36,786 nt of DNA, from contig CAZEWV010000001.1 of NCBI GenBank assembly GCA_964516025.1, positions 3,669 to 40,454 of the forward strand, given 5' to 3'. Position numbers and translations under genes: made by a program. Shown in pieces: positions 1 through 9,951 of this stretch. Position 1 is the first letter of the stretch. Each line of letters starts with the position of its first letter. The notes beneath the pieces were generated by a model that was not told the DNA's origin, ran no database searches, and saw only the letters and a program-made list of their open reading frames with translations. This DNA is from an uncultured Eubacteriales bacterium (GTDB lineage Bacteria > Acidobacteriota > Aminicenantia > Aminicenantales > Aminicenantaceae).

Positions 1-265
1 TCGCAGTAAACTGTTTTGAAACTGAGGCAATATTAAACCTCGTACCCGTGGCGTTAGGCACTAAATACTCAAGACTGGCCGATCCGTAGGCTTTCGAAAA
101 TACCAGCTTGCCATCCTGAACTATCCCTACTGCTCCTCCGGGATGATTGGGCCTATTCCAATCAATAAAGAGTTGGTCAATTTTCTTTTCCGTAGACTCA
201 TCCCATTGCCCGATGGCCGTTATTGAAATCGAAATAATCAGTAAAAATAGCAGTGTTTTTTTCAT
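1..265 (-). CDS. Serine hydrolase / class C beta-lactamase-family protein, N-terminal 88 codons (rest of gene lies left of the window)
   Basis: Absent from the ORF track because it is truncated by the window edge. Reverse complement from ATG 265-263 reads MKKTLLFLLIISISITAIGQWDESTEKKIDQLFIDWNRPNHPGGAVGIVQDGKLVFSKAYGSASLEYLVPNATGTRFNIASVSKQFTA. This is a signal peptide followed by the S-x-x-K (SVSK) nucleophile motif at the usual distance for AmpC/esterase-type serine hydrolases. AAGGTGG lies just upstream of the ATG. Confidence 0.7.
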   Translation of the reverse strand, partial: MKKTLLFLLIISISITAIGQWDESTEKKIDQLFIDWNRPNHPGGAVGIVQDGKLVFSKAYGSASLEYLVPNATGTRFNIASVSKQFTA

Positions 266-373
266 ATCCACCTTATATGTTACAGTTTATTGAAAGTCAA
301 GATTCTCCTTTTCTTATTCACTTCAAGCAGGACAGTTTGATAAGATAAGAACAGTCCTCATGAGGAGAATACC

Positions 374-1153
374 ATGAAAATCTGCAGTTTCAACGTCAAC
401 TCTATCAGAGCCAGGAAGGATCTCATCCTGGCATGGTTGGATCACAGAAATAATGACATCGATGTTCTATGCTTTCAGGAGCTGAAAACAGTCGATGAAG
501 GTTTCCCCCAAGAAGATTTTGAAAGACTTGGCTATCAATGTATGGTTTACGGCCAGAAGGCGTACAATGGAGTGGCTATCTGCACAAAAATTGCACCTGA
601 AAACTCCAGCAAAGGATTCGGCATAAATAACTTGGACGAACAGAAGAGGATCATTTCTGCGAAAATCAAAGGAATACATCTCATCAACATCTACGCACCG
701 CATGGAGGCCAGCAAGGGGAAGACAAATTCAATTATAAACAAGAGTGGTATAGACATTTTACAGAATATCTTAATGCACGATATTCTCCTGAAGATCCCA
801 TCGTCGTCCTTGGAGATTTTAATGTGGCCCATGAAGATATCGATGTCTATTCTCAGGATGATATGGCAGGAACCATTAGTGTTTTAACTGAAGAAAGGAC
901 CGCTTTCAAAAGACTTCTGGATTGGAACCTGATCGATGCCTTCAGGTATCTCTATCCGGACAAAATTCAATTCACCTGGTGGGATTATATCGGCGGTGCC
1001 ATTTGGAAGAACCAGGGTCTGCGCATCGATTATATCCTGGGTACAAGAACACTGCTCAAGAAGCTGAAATATATCGAAGTCGACCTCTGGCCAAGAAAAC
1101 GGCGCAAACCCACACCTTCCGATCACGCCCCTCTTATTGCTGAATTGGAATGA
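374..1153 (+). CDS. xth: Exodeoxyribonuclease III (AP endonuclease, EEP fold)
   Basis: 259-aa ORF. It has the N-terminal MKICSFNVNSIRAR, QELK, GDFNV and C-terminal PSDHAPL signatures of ExoIII/Xth. GAGGAG Shine-Dalgarno lies 6 nt upstream of the ATG. Confidence 0.9.
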   Translation: MKICSFNVNSIRARKDLILAWLDHRNNDIDVLCFQELKTVDEGFPQEDFERLGYQCMVYGQKAYNGVAICTKIAPENSSKGFGINNLDEQKRIISAKIKGIHLINIYAPHGGQQGEDKFNYKQEWYRHFTEYLNARYSPEDPIVVLGDFNVAHEDIDVYSQDDMAGTISVLTEERTAFKRLLDWNLIDAFRYLYPDKIQFTWWDYIGGAIWKNQGLRIDYILGTRTLLKKLKYIEVDLWPRKRRKPTPSDHAPLIAELE

Positions 1154-1232
1154 TACAATTTACTAACCTGAATTATTCACGTAGAAATCATTGAAGATAA
1201 TGAAGGCGTCGGCAGTTTTTATGAATAAGGAA

Positions 1233-3500
1233 TTAGAGCCAGCGTTTAATCTTGGAGGTAATACCTCCTGAGGCTTTAACGATAATCATGGGCTTGCTGC
1301 ACTTTTGCGCTACGGAATGGCAAAGGGTGTCTTTCGTGATGTTACGGATAAGAGGATCCCTGGAAAAACCCATGACGATTAAGTCGTACTCTTCACTTTC
1401 TTTAAGAATAGCTTCCATAGGATTTATAGCTTTCACAAATTTTGTTTTGACACGGTCAGGATTGACATGGGGGTTTTCCGTGATAGTCTCAGACAGTTTA
1501 TCCGAATCTATTTTGCTCTTTTTGTCTCTGACAGCAAATGAAACGATTTCCGCATCGTCTTTTTCGGCTAAAATCCCGGCAATTTCCAATGCGAGTGCGC
1601 TGTTCGGGCCTCCTCTTGTGGGCACAAGAATGCGCTTAAATTCTTGATTGCCTAGTCCCTTGAGGATAGCGACATTGCAGGAAGCTCTTTCCAAAATAAA
1701 ATCGATTGTGCTGCCCAATCTGAAGAGATGCCCTTTGGGTTTTCCATGCCAGCCCATTATCAGCATATCTGTTTTATTTTCTTTCACTGCGCCCAAAATA
1801 CCTCTGGCAATATTCCTGCAGTAGCGGATTGTTGTCGTGATGGGGAATCTTAGAATCAAGCATAGCATGGCCTCAACAATCCCCTCCTTCCCCTCTGTCA
1901 TAAATTTCTCAGCATCACTTAACGGTGTCTGTTCCGGAACAGGAACCATATGAAGGAGTCTGACTTTCGCATTTTTGGCTTCACTAATAAAGTACGTGGT
2001 CCTGGTCATCTCGAGAGCATTTGCCGGATTGGCCACACCCAGTGTGATACTGTACTGCTCTCTTTCAGGAACGATCTGCTCTTCTTCCAAAATCTGGATT
2101 TCATCGGCCGTGGCCACAGTGCGTGTTCTCGAGTAAAAATAGTAGATGGCGATTCCTGTGATAATCCACAAAGGAGCAATAATCCACGCTAAGAGACTCA
2201 TGTTGACAAGCCACACAGCCAGGACTGCTTGACAAATGATGGCGGCAATAGGGGGCCAGGGAAACATGGGCATAAGAAAGCCGTAAGACAATTCATCTCC
2301 CATATTCAGGCGAATTTTGATCACACTCAGATTGACGAGAAAAAAGAGGAAGAGAAACATGATGCTGGCACTGGAGGCCACATCCATTGTCGGAAGAAGA
2401 ACGGCGACAACAATGACAAGGACACCTGTGAACAGCAAGGCAACCCATGGAGTTCTGTGTTTCCGGGAAATGCTGGCAAAAAATTTAGGCAGCATGCGGT
2501 CTCGGCCGAGTGCATACGAGGCGCGTGTGGCCGAGAAAATCGTGGCATTCAATGCAGAGATTGAAGCGAAGATAACTGCCAGAGTCAAAAGGAAATTCCC
2601 GAAGGGAACCAGTTGGGAAACAGCCTCACCGAATCCTCTTTCTTTAAAAGAACCGATCCATTCCCAAACAGCTCCTTCAACCCCCGGAGAACCCGCTTTA
2701 ACCGCGACAATCGCAGCAAAGCCGACAAGCACATAGGTAAACGTGACGATCCCTACGGAATAGAGCATGGCTTTGGGAAGATTTCGTTTGGGATCGATGG
2801 CTTCGTCGCCAGTTTGCGCAATCACCTCAAAGCCTTCGAAAGCCACGTATGTAAAACCCATCGTGATAAGAATTTTTGACCAGCCAAGAGGTAGGAATGG
2901 GGAAAGATTTTGGAGACGAGAAGGATCTTTGATAACAACAAACAGACCCGCTGCACCGATAAAAAGCAGGAAAAGCGTTTGGCCCAGTGTAAATATCGCC
3001 CCAATCCTCCCGGTTTCGGAGGCTCCCCTGTAATTTATATAGAGAAAAAAGAGGGCCACAAGCAATGCCACAATTTTTTCGGCAACCCTTGTCGTAAACG
3101 GGATCCAATTGAGAAGATCTAATCCTTCAAAATACCGTACTGTGTAGATGGCAAAAACCACGGCATAGAGGCTGCCTGCAACACTGGAAGCAAACCACTC
3201 CATCCAGCCTCCTGTGAAACTCGTTGCCCGCCCGAAGGCAAGCCGGGCAAAATTGTACGCGCCACCGGCTTTTGGGATGGCCGAGCTGAGTTCCGCATAG
3301 GACAGGGCCGTAAAAATCGCTATCATTCCGTTTAAGGAAAAAGTCAGGAGAAGACCTCCTGGCCCCACCACGGCAATGGCGTTCCCAATTCCAATAAAAA
3401 CTCCGGCCCCGATCATCATTCCCAAACCCATCATCGTGATATGGAAGAGATTGAGTTCGCGGGAAAGCTCGGCAGATATCTGTGTCTTATTTTCGTCCAT
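1233..3500 (-). CDS. APC-family amino acid permease fused to two C-terminal universal stress protein (UspA) domains
   Basis: The ORF track gives 1233..3608 from a GTG. I prefer ATG 3500, which has AGGA 5 nt upstream. MDENKTQISAELSRELNLFHITMMGLGMMIGAGVFIGIG is a typical APC N-terminus. A long polytopic hydrophobic region is followed by two Usp-like units (..VRLLHMVPVP..MLIMGWHG.. and ..KRILVPTRGGPNS..DLIVMGFS..). Confidence 0.85.
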   Translation of the reverse strand: MDENKTQISAELSRELNLFHITMMGLGMMIGAGVFIGIGNAIAVVGPGGLLLTFSLNGMIAIFTALSYAELSSAIPKAGGAYNFARLAFGRATSFTGGWMEWFASSVAGSLYAVVFAIYTVRYFEGLDLLNWIPFTTRVAEKIVALLVALFFLYINYRGASETGRIGAIFTLGQTLFLLFIGAAGLFVVIKDPSRLQNLSPFLPLGWSKILITMGFTYVAFEGFEVIAQTGDEAIDPKRNLPKAMLYSVGIVTFTYVLVGFAAIVAVKAGSPGVEGAVWEWIGSFKERGFGEAVSQLVPFGNFLLTLAVIFASISALNATIFSATRASYALGRDRMLPKFFASISRKHRTPWVALLFTGVLVIVVAVLLPTMDVASSASIMFLFLFFLVNLSVIKIRLNMGDELSYGFLMPMFPWPPIAAIICQAVLAVWLVNMSLLAWIIAPLWIITGIAIYYFYSRTRTVATADEIQILEEEQIVPEREQYSITLGVANPANALEMTRTTYFISEAKNAKVRLLHMVPVPEQTPLSDAEKFMTEGKEGIVEAMLCLILRFPITTTIRYCRNIARGILGAVKENKTDMLIMGWHGKPKGHLFRLGSTIDFILERASCNVAILKGLGNQEFKRILVPTRGGPNSALALEIAGILAEKDDAEIVSFAVRDKKSKIDSDKLSETITENPHVNPDRVKTKFVKAINPMEAILKESEEYDLIVMGFSRDPLIRNITKDTLCHSVAQKCSKPMIIVKASGGITSKIKRWL

Positions 3501-3645
3501 CGATATCCTGGATAATTTCGCGGGCGGATTGCTGTTTTTTCTTTCTAATTCTTTCGATGGTCTTCCGGCTCCACAGAACAATAAAGAGTATGTAGGCCAG
3601 TGAACCACCTATAATAACCATTCCAAGAACTAGATCTTTAGACAT
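3487..3645 (-). CDS. Candidate 52-aa single-pass membrane protein overlapping the permease start
   Basis: Below the ORF-track size cutoff. Reverse complement reads MSKDLVLGMVIIGGSLAYILFIVLWSRKTIERIRKKKQQSAREIIQDIDGRK*. One hydrophobic helix is followed by a strongly basic tail (positive-inside pattern). Its TAA overlaps the permease start (ATGGACGAAAATAA, 14-nt overlap). No clear SD is present, hence the low confidence. Confidence 0.3.
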   Translation of the reverse strand: MSKDLVLGMVIIGGSLAYILFIVLWSRKTIERIRKKKQQSAREIIQDIDGRK

Positions 3646-3763
3646 AAAACTTTTGCTTTAATTCAACATTTAAATACAAAATTCATTTCTTTTCAAGCGT
3701 CAGAGTATAGTCCAATTAAGAGATTTTGTCTATTAGAGGCATTCCATGTTGAGCCCTGATTTT

Positions 3764-5012
3764 TCACTCATCTTTATCTTTCCGGATCATACGGATACCG
3801 AATATCGATGTAACAGAACTTCCCTCTTCAGCTTCAAAGCGCACGGTGACTTTCTCTTTGCCTTTTATTAGGCTTGCTTCGATGGCATATTCAACATCAA
3901 AAAAGCGTTGGGGATAACTTCTGATCACTTCCTGATGACTGATATGCTTGCCGTCGACAAGGTGCATAGAGATTAATCCAGAGTCTATTTTTCCCTTGAT
4001 AATAGATTCCGTCTCCATACAAAGCATGACTCTCCATTCCCGATCCCACACAGCAGGTGAAACTGCGGAACATCCCCTGATATTCATGCTGGACTCCTCT
4101 ACCGACAGGAACCATATAGCAGGTCCGGCCGTCCTCCGGATCAATAGAGGCCAGAATATGATTAAATAGAGCCCTCTCAAGAAAATCGGCGTAATGGGCG
4201 TCGGGTCGGATCGAAAAAAGCCGGCGGGTCAGCTTGACCATGTTGTAAACGTTGCATGTCTCTGCAGTCCGCCCGTCCACACGTTCACTCAGTTTGCCAG
4301 GTTCACCGAAATATTCATCGTGCCCGTGGCCTCCAGTGGCATAGCTGTGTTGTTGGACAACCTGATCCCAGAAAAAACTTGCAGCCAGAAAGTCTCCTGA
4401 GCTGCCCGTATAGGCATAACGGTCGGCAGAACCGATGAGCTTTGGAACCTGCGTATTACCGTGTTTGCCCGCGAGGATGTCCTGGTGGCGTTTGAGAGGC
4501 TCGATGAAGGAGCGGTGTTCGAATTTATAAGAAAGATCCAGCCATCGTTTATTACCTGTATCGGCATAGAGATCGACCATAATCTCGTTCATGCCTCCAA
4601 ACTCGGTGTTCAGCATCCTCTGTATCTGTCCTGCATCGAGAGGGGCCAGAATACGTTCCGCCCATTCCACAAACTTGATTTCAAGTTCCAATTCCAATGG
4701 ATTGCCCGTATAACGAAAGGCATCCCGTAGGCCTCCGTAGCCCTCGCCCTTTGGTTCCAGACCCGCACGGCTACGGTAACCGGCCAGCATGCGGTCCGGT
4801 TCCAATTGAAGCAGATATTCTTCTGTCACATCCTGAGCTTGCTTGAGTGGACCTCCTAACAATCGGACTTTACTTAAATGAAGGGGCCGTGCTTTAAGGA
4901 TTTTTTCCTCAAAAGCCTTTACGACAGGATCCTGACTCTCTGCAAAAATGTTGCAGCTAAACACCAAAACCAAAAACAGAAGAGAAATTATTTTTGTTTT
5001 CATCATCTCCAC
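3764..5012 (-). pseudogene. Decayed glycoside hydrolase family 127 (DUF1680 / beta-L-arabinofuranosidase-like) gene
   Basis: Two overlapping ORFs in different frames (3897..5012 and 3764..4180). ORF1 has a signal peptide plus GH127-like blocks (LEPDRMLAGYRSRAGL, GGMNEIMVDLYADTGN, AETCNVYNM, FTCCVGSGMESH, LWINLYAP). GYGG runs directly into LRDAFRYTGNP, which suggests an in-frame loss of the usual block of about 100 aa containing the GH..GHYLSA motif. After LYAP the sense continues in the other frame (..VDGKHISHQEVIRSYPQRFFDVEYAIEASLIKGKEKVTVRFEAEEG..), resembling only the extreme C-terminal beta-sandwich. The total is far shorter than the 600+ aa typical of the family. Confidence 0.55.
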
Positions 5013-5122
5013 CTTACCTAGAAATTTTCACTCTTTCTTTCTAAGGGATCGATAGGTGCAAGGGATTCAGATCCACAAACTCCCGGACTGCACGCAGTCG
5101 AGACAAAATTCAACAAGCCCCG

Positions 5123-6205
5123 CTATCGGGGAATGTTAAGAAGCAGCTCTACCGTTCGAGTGTCCAGGACACAACTAATAGGAAGGCCTTGATCTTTCTG
5201 GAAACGTCCGATGGCAAATTGGGTTTGTCTCCCTATGATGCCATCGATACTCCCTTTATATACACCTATCTTCGATAATTTTTTCTGAGCAGCCAAGATA
5301 ATGTCTTTAGGCCTTTCTTCCTCCAAAGACATCAATTCCTCCAAAGAAAAATCATAACCGAAAATGACCACTGGAATCCCGACCGAGAGAGTAGAAAGGT
5401 TAAATATTTCGTCCACATCTGTGTTCCGGAGGGAAATACACCCCCATGTCCAATTCCTTAGAATACTTCCCCAACCACGGTGCTGGCCGTGGATCTGGAT
5501 CTCGCCTCCGATACCTCGATTTTCAGGGATCAACCCCTCGGCCTTCATGAAATCATATTTGAGTCTGTCTGCAGCGTTTGGATAGTTGATGTCAATAGCT
5601 TTATAGAATGTGGCTTTCTCCTGTAGATTTATTATCTTGTAAAGACCTTCCGGAGTTGTCTTGTTGTCCTGGTGGAGTTTTCTTTCGAAAGGGTCTCGTC
5701 CCAGGGAAATTGGATACCTTTTAGCTGTCCTTCCATTGTTTTGGATTTCAAGATAATAGTGTCTTTTGTTGATAAGGATGACCGGTTCGGTCAGTTCTTC
5801 GATGGTGACGTCAGGTGTCAAGATTTCGACCGTGTTGCTTGTGGCAAGAATATCATCTCGATCTTTTTGCCGGATAAAGGCAAGATAGTGATAGGGCACA
5901 TTATGGGCTGTAAAATGATCAAAAAATGTTGTTGGATTTTTGGTATCTATCCGGAATTCGGCAACCGGATATCTAACTTTATCGATATTTGGACTGGTCA
6001 ATTTGACTGTGCTTCGATAGAGAAAAAGCTCATTGCCGGGTAAGTCTGCTGGAATTTTAAAATCGATTCGAATGGTGTGCATGTTCACAACGTGTGCAGA
6101 GATCAAAAAGTTTTTAGCCGGAAGGAACCTAGGGAAGAAAAGAAAAATTAAAGTCGAGACAACATAAGAAAGAGCGAATGTTTTTTTTGTTACGTTTTTT
6201 TTCAC
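5123..6205 (-). CDS. L,D-transpeptidase (YkuD domain) with C-terminal peptidoglycan-binding domain
   Basis: 360-aa ORF with a GTG start (GGAGA 6 nt upstream) and an N-terminal signal anchor. The YkuD catalytic motif is IQIHGQHRGWGSILRNWTWGCISLRN (His ... Gly-Cys). The C-terminal LAAQKKLSKIGVYKGSIDGIIGRQTQFAIGRFQKDQGLP is a PG_binding_1-type repeat. Confidence 0.85.
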   Translation of the reverse strand: MKKNVTKKTFALSYVVSTLIFLFFPRFLPAKNFLISAHVVNMHTIRIDFKIPADLPGNELFLYRSTVKLTSPNIDKVRYPVAEFRIDTKNPTTFFDHFTAHNVPYHYLAFIRQKDRDDILATSNTVEILTPDVTIEELTEPVILINKRHYYLEIQNNGRTAKRYPISLGRDPFERKLHQDNKTTPEGLYKIINLQEKATFYKAIDINYPNAADRLKYDFMKAEGLIPENRGIGGEIQIHGQHRGWGSILRNWTWGCISLRNTDVDEIFNLSTLSVGIPVVIFGYDFSLEELMSLEEERPKDIILAAQKKLSKIGVYKGSIDGIIGRQTQFAIGRFQKDQGLPISCVLDTRTVELLLNIPR

Positions 6206-6462
6206 TGCACTTCTCCATTGCAGTTTAATGCTTGAATTAGAAAAATCAAAGAGAAGAATGAATTATTTTGTTAATGCCTATTCGTCTCATTGTTTCAGGT
6301 TCCGTAACAACAGTTGCCTGAACAAGCACCCATTTTTTTGGCCATTGACCTTGTTTTTTTATCTATGATACTCTCATTCTAGGATATCAGCGGACAACAA
6401 TCAAAAAAAATGAGAAGGGATATGTTGTGAATCCCAATCCTTACAATTGAGGGACAGAAAAC

Positions 6463-7806
6463 ATGGAACATTTCGTAGGATTTCATTGGCCTCTGCATCT
6501 AGACATTTTAGTTTACTTCGGATTGCTGTTTTTGTTGAGTCAGGCAGCAGGAAGGATGGCAACTTGGCTGGGTGCGCCACGGATCATTGGCTATATGATG
6601 GCCGGCCTCCTCTTCGGACCTCACGGTTTTAAGCTGTTTTCTAAGGCATTGATTCACGATCAATTGGGATTGGTTACCGATATAGCCCTGTCTATTATCG
6701 CCTTTTCTATTGGCGGAGCGTTGCAGCTTAAGATGTTGAATAATTTAAAGAAAAGTATTGCATGGATTACTATTCTTCAAGCCTTGGGTGCATTCGTCTT
6801 GGTCTTTATCCTCGTTTTCGCCTTCCTGCCAATTCTGGTTCCACAGGCTGATTCGGCGGGATTTCAAAATACGTATCTAGCTGCAGCCTTAATTTTGGCT
6901 GCCGTGTCGGTGGCAACCGCTCCGGCAGCTATCTTGAGTTTGGTCCACGAATTGAAGGCCAAAGGGAAATTTACCACGGTTTTGTTAGGAGTGGTGGCAT
7001 TAGATGATGCTGTCGCGATTGTGATTTACGGGTATGTCATTGTTTGGATTCGGGCATTGATGGGAGGAGAATTATCGAGTTGGTCCGATGCCATTATCAG
7101 TCCCTTCATTTCCACAGGGATCTCGGCGGCGATTGGATTGTTCGTTGGATTTTTACTCATCAGAATCATTAAATACTGTGGACCTAAGGATATTTTGCTC
7201 GGATTTATTTTAGGTGCAATTCTTTTGACCAGCGGCCTGGCCAAAAGTTTTGGTGTATCGCCGCTTTTGGCGGCAATGGTTTTAGGCTTTATCATTGAAA
7301 ACTTTGTGGCTCATGAACGTGCCAGCGAGGCACATGACGTTATTGAAAGTATCGAGGAACCGATTTTTGGAATATTCTTTTTTCTTGCCGGCGCACATCT
7401 GAGTTTGGACATAGGATTTTCGACACTGGGAATTGCTTTAATTGTTTTGGGAGGACGATTTTTTGGGAAGTTGATAGGAAGTAAATTTGGAGCAAGATTA
7501 GGTGGTGCCTCTCCCTCTGTCAGGAAATACCTAGGATTGGCTTTGCTACCATCGGCTGGAGTAGCCATCGGTTTAGCCTTGGATGCAAAAGGTTTGATGG
7601 ATACAGTATCTCCCATACTCGGCGGCCTGATTGTTAGTGCAGTGGTGGCTAAGACGCTGTTAAACGAAATCATCACTCCTTTTTTGGTACGGTTTGCACT
7701 GATTAAAGCTAAAGAAACACAGGTAGAAAAATCTCATTTTCGTCTGCCGTTAGCTCTACATGGACGAAAGGGTAGTCTTGTCTGCCAAAGAAAGAGAAAA
7801 CTTTGA
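6463..7806 (+). CDS. Cation:proton antiporter (CPA2 / Kef-type Na+/H+ exchanger family)
   Basis: 447-aa polytopic membrane ORF. The N-terminal ..LGAPRIIGYMMAGLLFGPHGF.. block is typical of the Na_H_Exchanger family and no soluble domains are present. The exact start is uncertain. Confidence 0.8.
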   Translation: MEHFVGFHWPLHLDILVYFGLLFLLSQAAGRMATWLGAPRIIGYMMAGLLFGPHGFKLFSKALIHDQLGLVTDIALSIIAFSIGGALQLKMLNNLKKSIAWITILQALGAFVLVFILVFAFLPILVPQADSAGFQNTYLAAALILAAVSVATAPAAILSLVHELKAKGKFTTVLLGVVALDDAVAIVIYGYVIVWIRALMGGELSSWSDAIISPFISTGISAAIGLFVGFLLIRIIKYCGPKDILLGFILGAILLTSGLAKSFGVSPLLAAMVLGFIIENFVAHERASEAHDVIESIEEPIFGIFFFLAGAHLSLDIGFSTLGIALIVLGGRFFGKLIGSKFGARLGGASPSVRKYLGLALLPSAGVAIGLALDAKGLMDTVSPILGGLIVSAVVAKTLLNEIITPFLVRFALIKAKETQVEKSHFRLPLALHGRKGSLVCQRKRKL

Positions 7807-7818
7807 AGCACCTAATCA

Positions 7819-9951
7819 CTAATGAACAGTGACTCGAGCAGGCTCTCCTTCATTATGGGAGGAGGTGACGGCCGCAATCTCGTAAATGTAGGTTCCGCTG
7901 CTGTTCACATTCCGGTGCCAGTACTTAAATACATCGGAATCGACTCTCTGCATGAGCTCCCTGGCTCCACCGTCTATTTTGTAGATCCGGTAGTAGGCGA
8001 TGTTCACAGGACTGTTCTGAGGATTGGCTGCCCAACTAATGACATTAATGTATTCTCCCTGGGCAAGCGAACGGTTGAATACCCTCTGGGCAGTGTAATT
8101 TGCCGGTTTATAAATCCGGGAAAAATGGGCAGCCATGGTCCGGTCCTTGTCCATAGTAATAGAAAGAGTCAATAGAAGGGGATCGTAGGGATAGAAGTCC
8201 CCGGTCCATCCAGTAAACCCATGGTATATATTTTCGATGGCTGAGACATAGATCTGATGTCCCGGATCAAAGACATGGATTCCGGGCGCGGGCTCAGTCG
8301 TCCCCCCGGCTGTGGTGCTGATTGTCAGAGTATAGCTCCCTTTTGTGACATCAAATGTCATTGTATTTCCGGTACTACTGATATTATCGATATTAATGTC
8401 AGTGTGAACTCTATGCCCCCTGGTATTTCGGAAGATAACATGTTCAGTATCATCGCCATCGGTGAGTACCAGATAGGCCCCGGGGAGGGTGTTATCGGGG
8501 TAGGTTGGACCAATAATTGTGTATCCGTTGTCCGCTGAGAAAGTCATACGATGATAGTATGTCTCATATGTACGTAACTTGGTAATAGTAGGATCCAGCC
8601 ATGGAACAAGGGCTTCTACTCCATAAAAGGGGTAATTTGGCTGACCGGCTGCAGGAGAATAATTTTCGTCTATGTGGGTGATCAAGAGCCCGCTGTGACG
8701 CGAAGTGCTGTATTCATAGACAGGATGGGCTTCATTATTCCGATTTTCGATGAGCAGGTATTCCTTTGGTGGTTCGATGTTTATTTTGTACAACCGGGAA
8801 TTGCTGGCGTCTATCAAAGCCAAGGCATCAACCGTAAACGAACCGCCTTGTACGATCTCCACGGGCGTCACCCATCCATAGACCTTGAATTTAATATATC
8901 CGGAGAAATTATTGGCATATGATGTCGATCCCATTATACAGTAATCGCCGATGGGTCTATTATGGAAATCGCTGTAGTCATAGAGATCCGGGGCTCCTGT
9001 CATATGCGCATACTCATGGCAGAATGTGCTGATATCCGTATTTGCTGCTCCCCCAGATTGTCTTTCATTCACAGCATTATAGTTTTGGATATTGACACCG
9101 TATTTTGCTCTCTCGACTCTCCCCATTTGCGGCCAGAAAAAATCATCCCAGATTTCTTTTTTTCCGGCCCAGATGACAATGATGTCCATGGTCCCGTTAT
9201 TGGCATACTGTGTAAAATCAAATGTTGGATCCTGGACTTTGATCCGGTCCATGGCATCCTCAATAATCTGCCACCATATGTCGTTGTCTTTATACCAAGT
9301 GGCAGTTTGGGGAAGAGTGACCCAGGAAGGATAAGTATATCCCATGGGCCAGAAATTATTGAAGGAGACTGCCTTGAAGAAGTTGACCATGCTGACATCG
9401 TTAGGATCAGTACTGAAAATCCGATTGTGGAAGTTGTTTGGAGAATAAGTCCCTTTTGACCATTGTGTGGGGGGGGATGACTCAGACTGGAAATCCACAC
9501 ATACCAAAAAAACCTTTTTGGTGCCAGTGAGGGCTTGTATCTGCCCTTCAGATCCAATGGCTGCTGTTCGAGTGGCCATATCATGGAAAATTTCCGGATG
9601 AGTCCTTCTCAGCTCTTCAATCCTCCCTTCCCTTTCACTTAAATGTTTCTGGATCTTAAATCTAACCATCCTCTTAGTGCGGATTCGTCCTACAACCAAT
9701 CCGGAGGGAATCAGCCAGCCTTCCTTTTTTTCTGCAAATTCAAAGTATCCGGTTTTTTCGTTCAGGACTATCGTGTAACCTTCTTCAGTTTCAATCCGGC
9801 GGTAATACTCGTCACCATAAATATAAGCAATAATACTCTTCCCATCAGGTTGCTTGAGTACAATCTTCTCTCCATCAACAGGATGAGAAAATGAAAAACT
9901 GAATAGAGAAAAGAAGAAAAGGAGCGACACTACGAATTTGGTTGTTTTCAT
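7819..9951 (-). CDS. Secreted M6-like (immune inhibitor A-type) zinc metalloprotease with C-terminal beta-repeat/FN3-like domains
   Basis: 710-aa ORF with signal peptide MKTTKFVVSLLFFFSLFSFSFS. It has an HExxH zinc motif in the M6-like context FCHEYAHMTGAPDLYD. The C-terminal part contains an InlB-B-repeat-like segment (YTLTISTTAGGTTEPAPG...FTGWTGD). Confidence 0.75.
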   Translation of the reverse strand: MKTTKFVVSLLFFFSLFSFSFSHPVDGEKIVLKQPDGKSIIAYIYGDEYYRRIETEEGYTIVLNEKTGYFEFAEKKEGWLIPSGLVVGRIRTKRMVRFKIQKHLSEREGRIEELRRTHPEIFHDMATRTAAIGSEGQIQALTGTKKVFLVCVDFQSESSPPTQWSKGTYSPNNFHNRIFSTDPNDVSMVNFFKAVSFNNFWPMGYTYPSWVTLPQTATWYKDNDIWWQIIEDAMDRIKVQDPTFDFTQYANNGTMDIIVIWAGKKEIWDDFFWPQMGRVERAKYGVNIQNYNAVNERQSGGAANTDISTFCHEYAHMTGAPDLYDYSDFHNRPIGDYCIMGSTSYANNFSGYIKFKVYGWVTPVEIVQGGSFTVDALALIDASNSRLYKINIEPPKEYLLIENRNNEAHPVYEYSTSRHSGLLITHIDENYSPAAGQPNYPFYGVEALVPWLDPTITKLRTYETYYHRMTFSADNGYTIIGPTYPDNTLPGAYLVLTDGDDTEHVIFRNTRGHRVHTDINIDNISSTGNTMTFDVTKGSYTLTISTTAGGTTEPAPGIHVFDPGHQIYVSAIENIYHGFTGWTGDFYPYDPLLLTLSITMDKDRTMAAHFSRIYKPANYTAQRVFNRSLAQGEYINVISWAANPQNSPVNIAYYRIYKIDGGARELMQRVDSDVFKYWHRNVNSSGTYIYEIAAVTSSHNEGEPARVTVH

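Noticed and set aside
3897-4180. Programmed ribosomal frameshifting between the two overlapping GH127 ORFs.
   Set aside because: There is no slippery heptamer at the frame junction. The gene also shows a separate in-frame deletion and a missing C-terminal half, which fits decay better.
5086-5099. The hairpin GACTGcacgCAGTC as a terminator between the GH127 remnant and the L,D-transpeptidase gene.
   Set aside because: It has only a 5-bp stem and no adjacent U-tract on either strand, which is too weak to call. No convincing intrinsic terminator was seen elsewhere in the window either.
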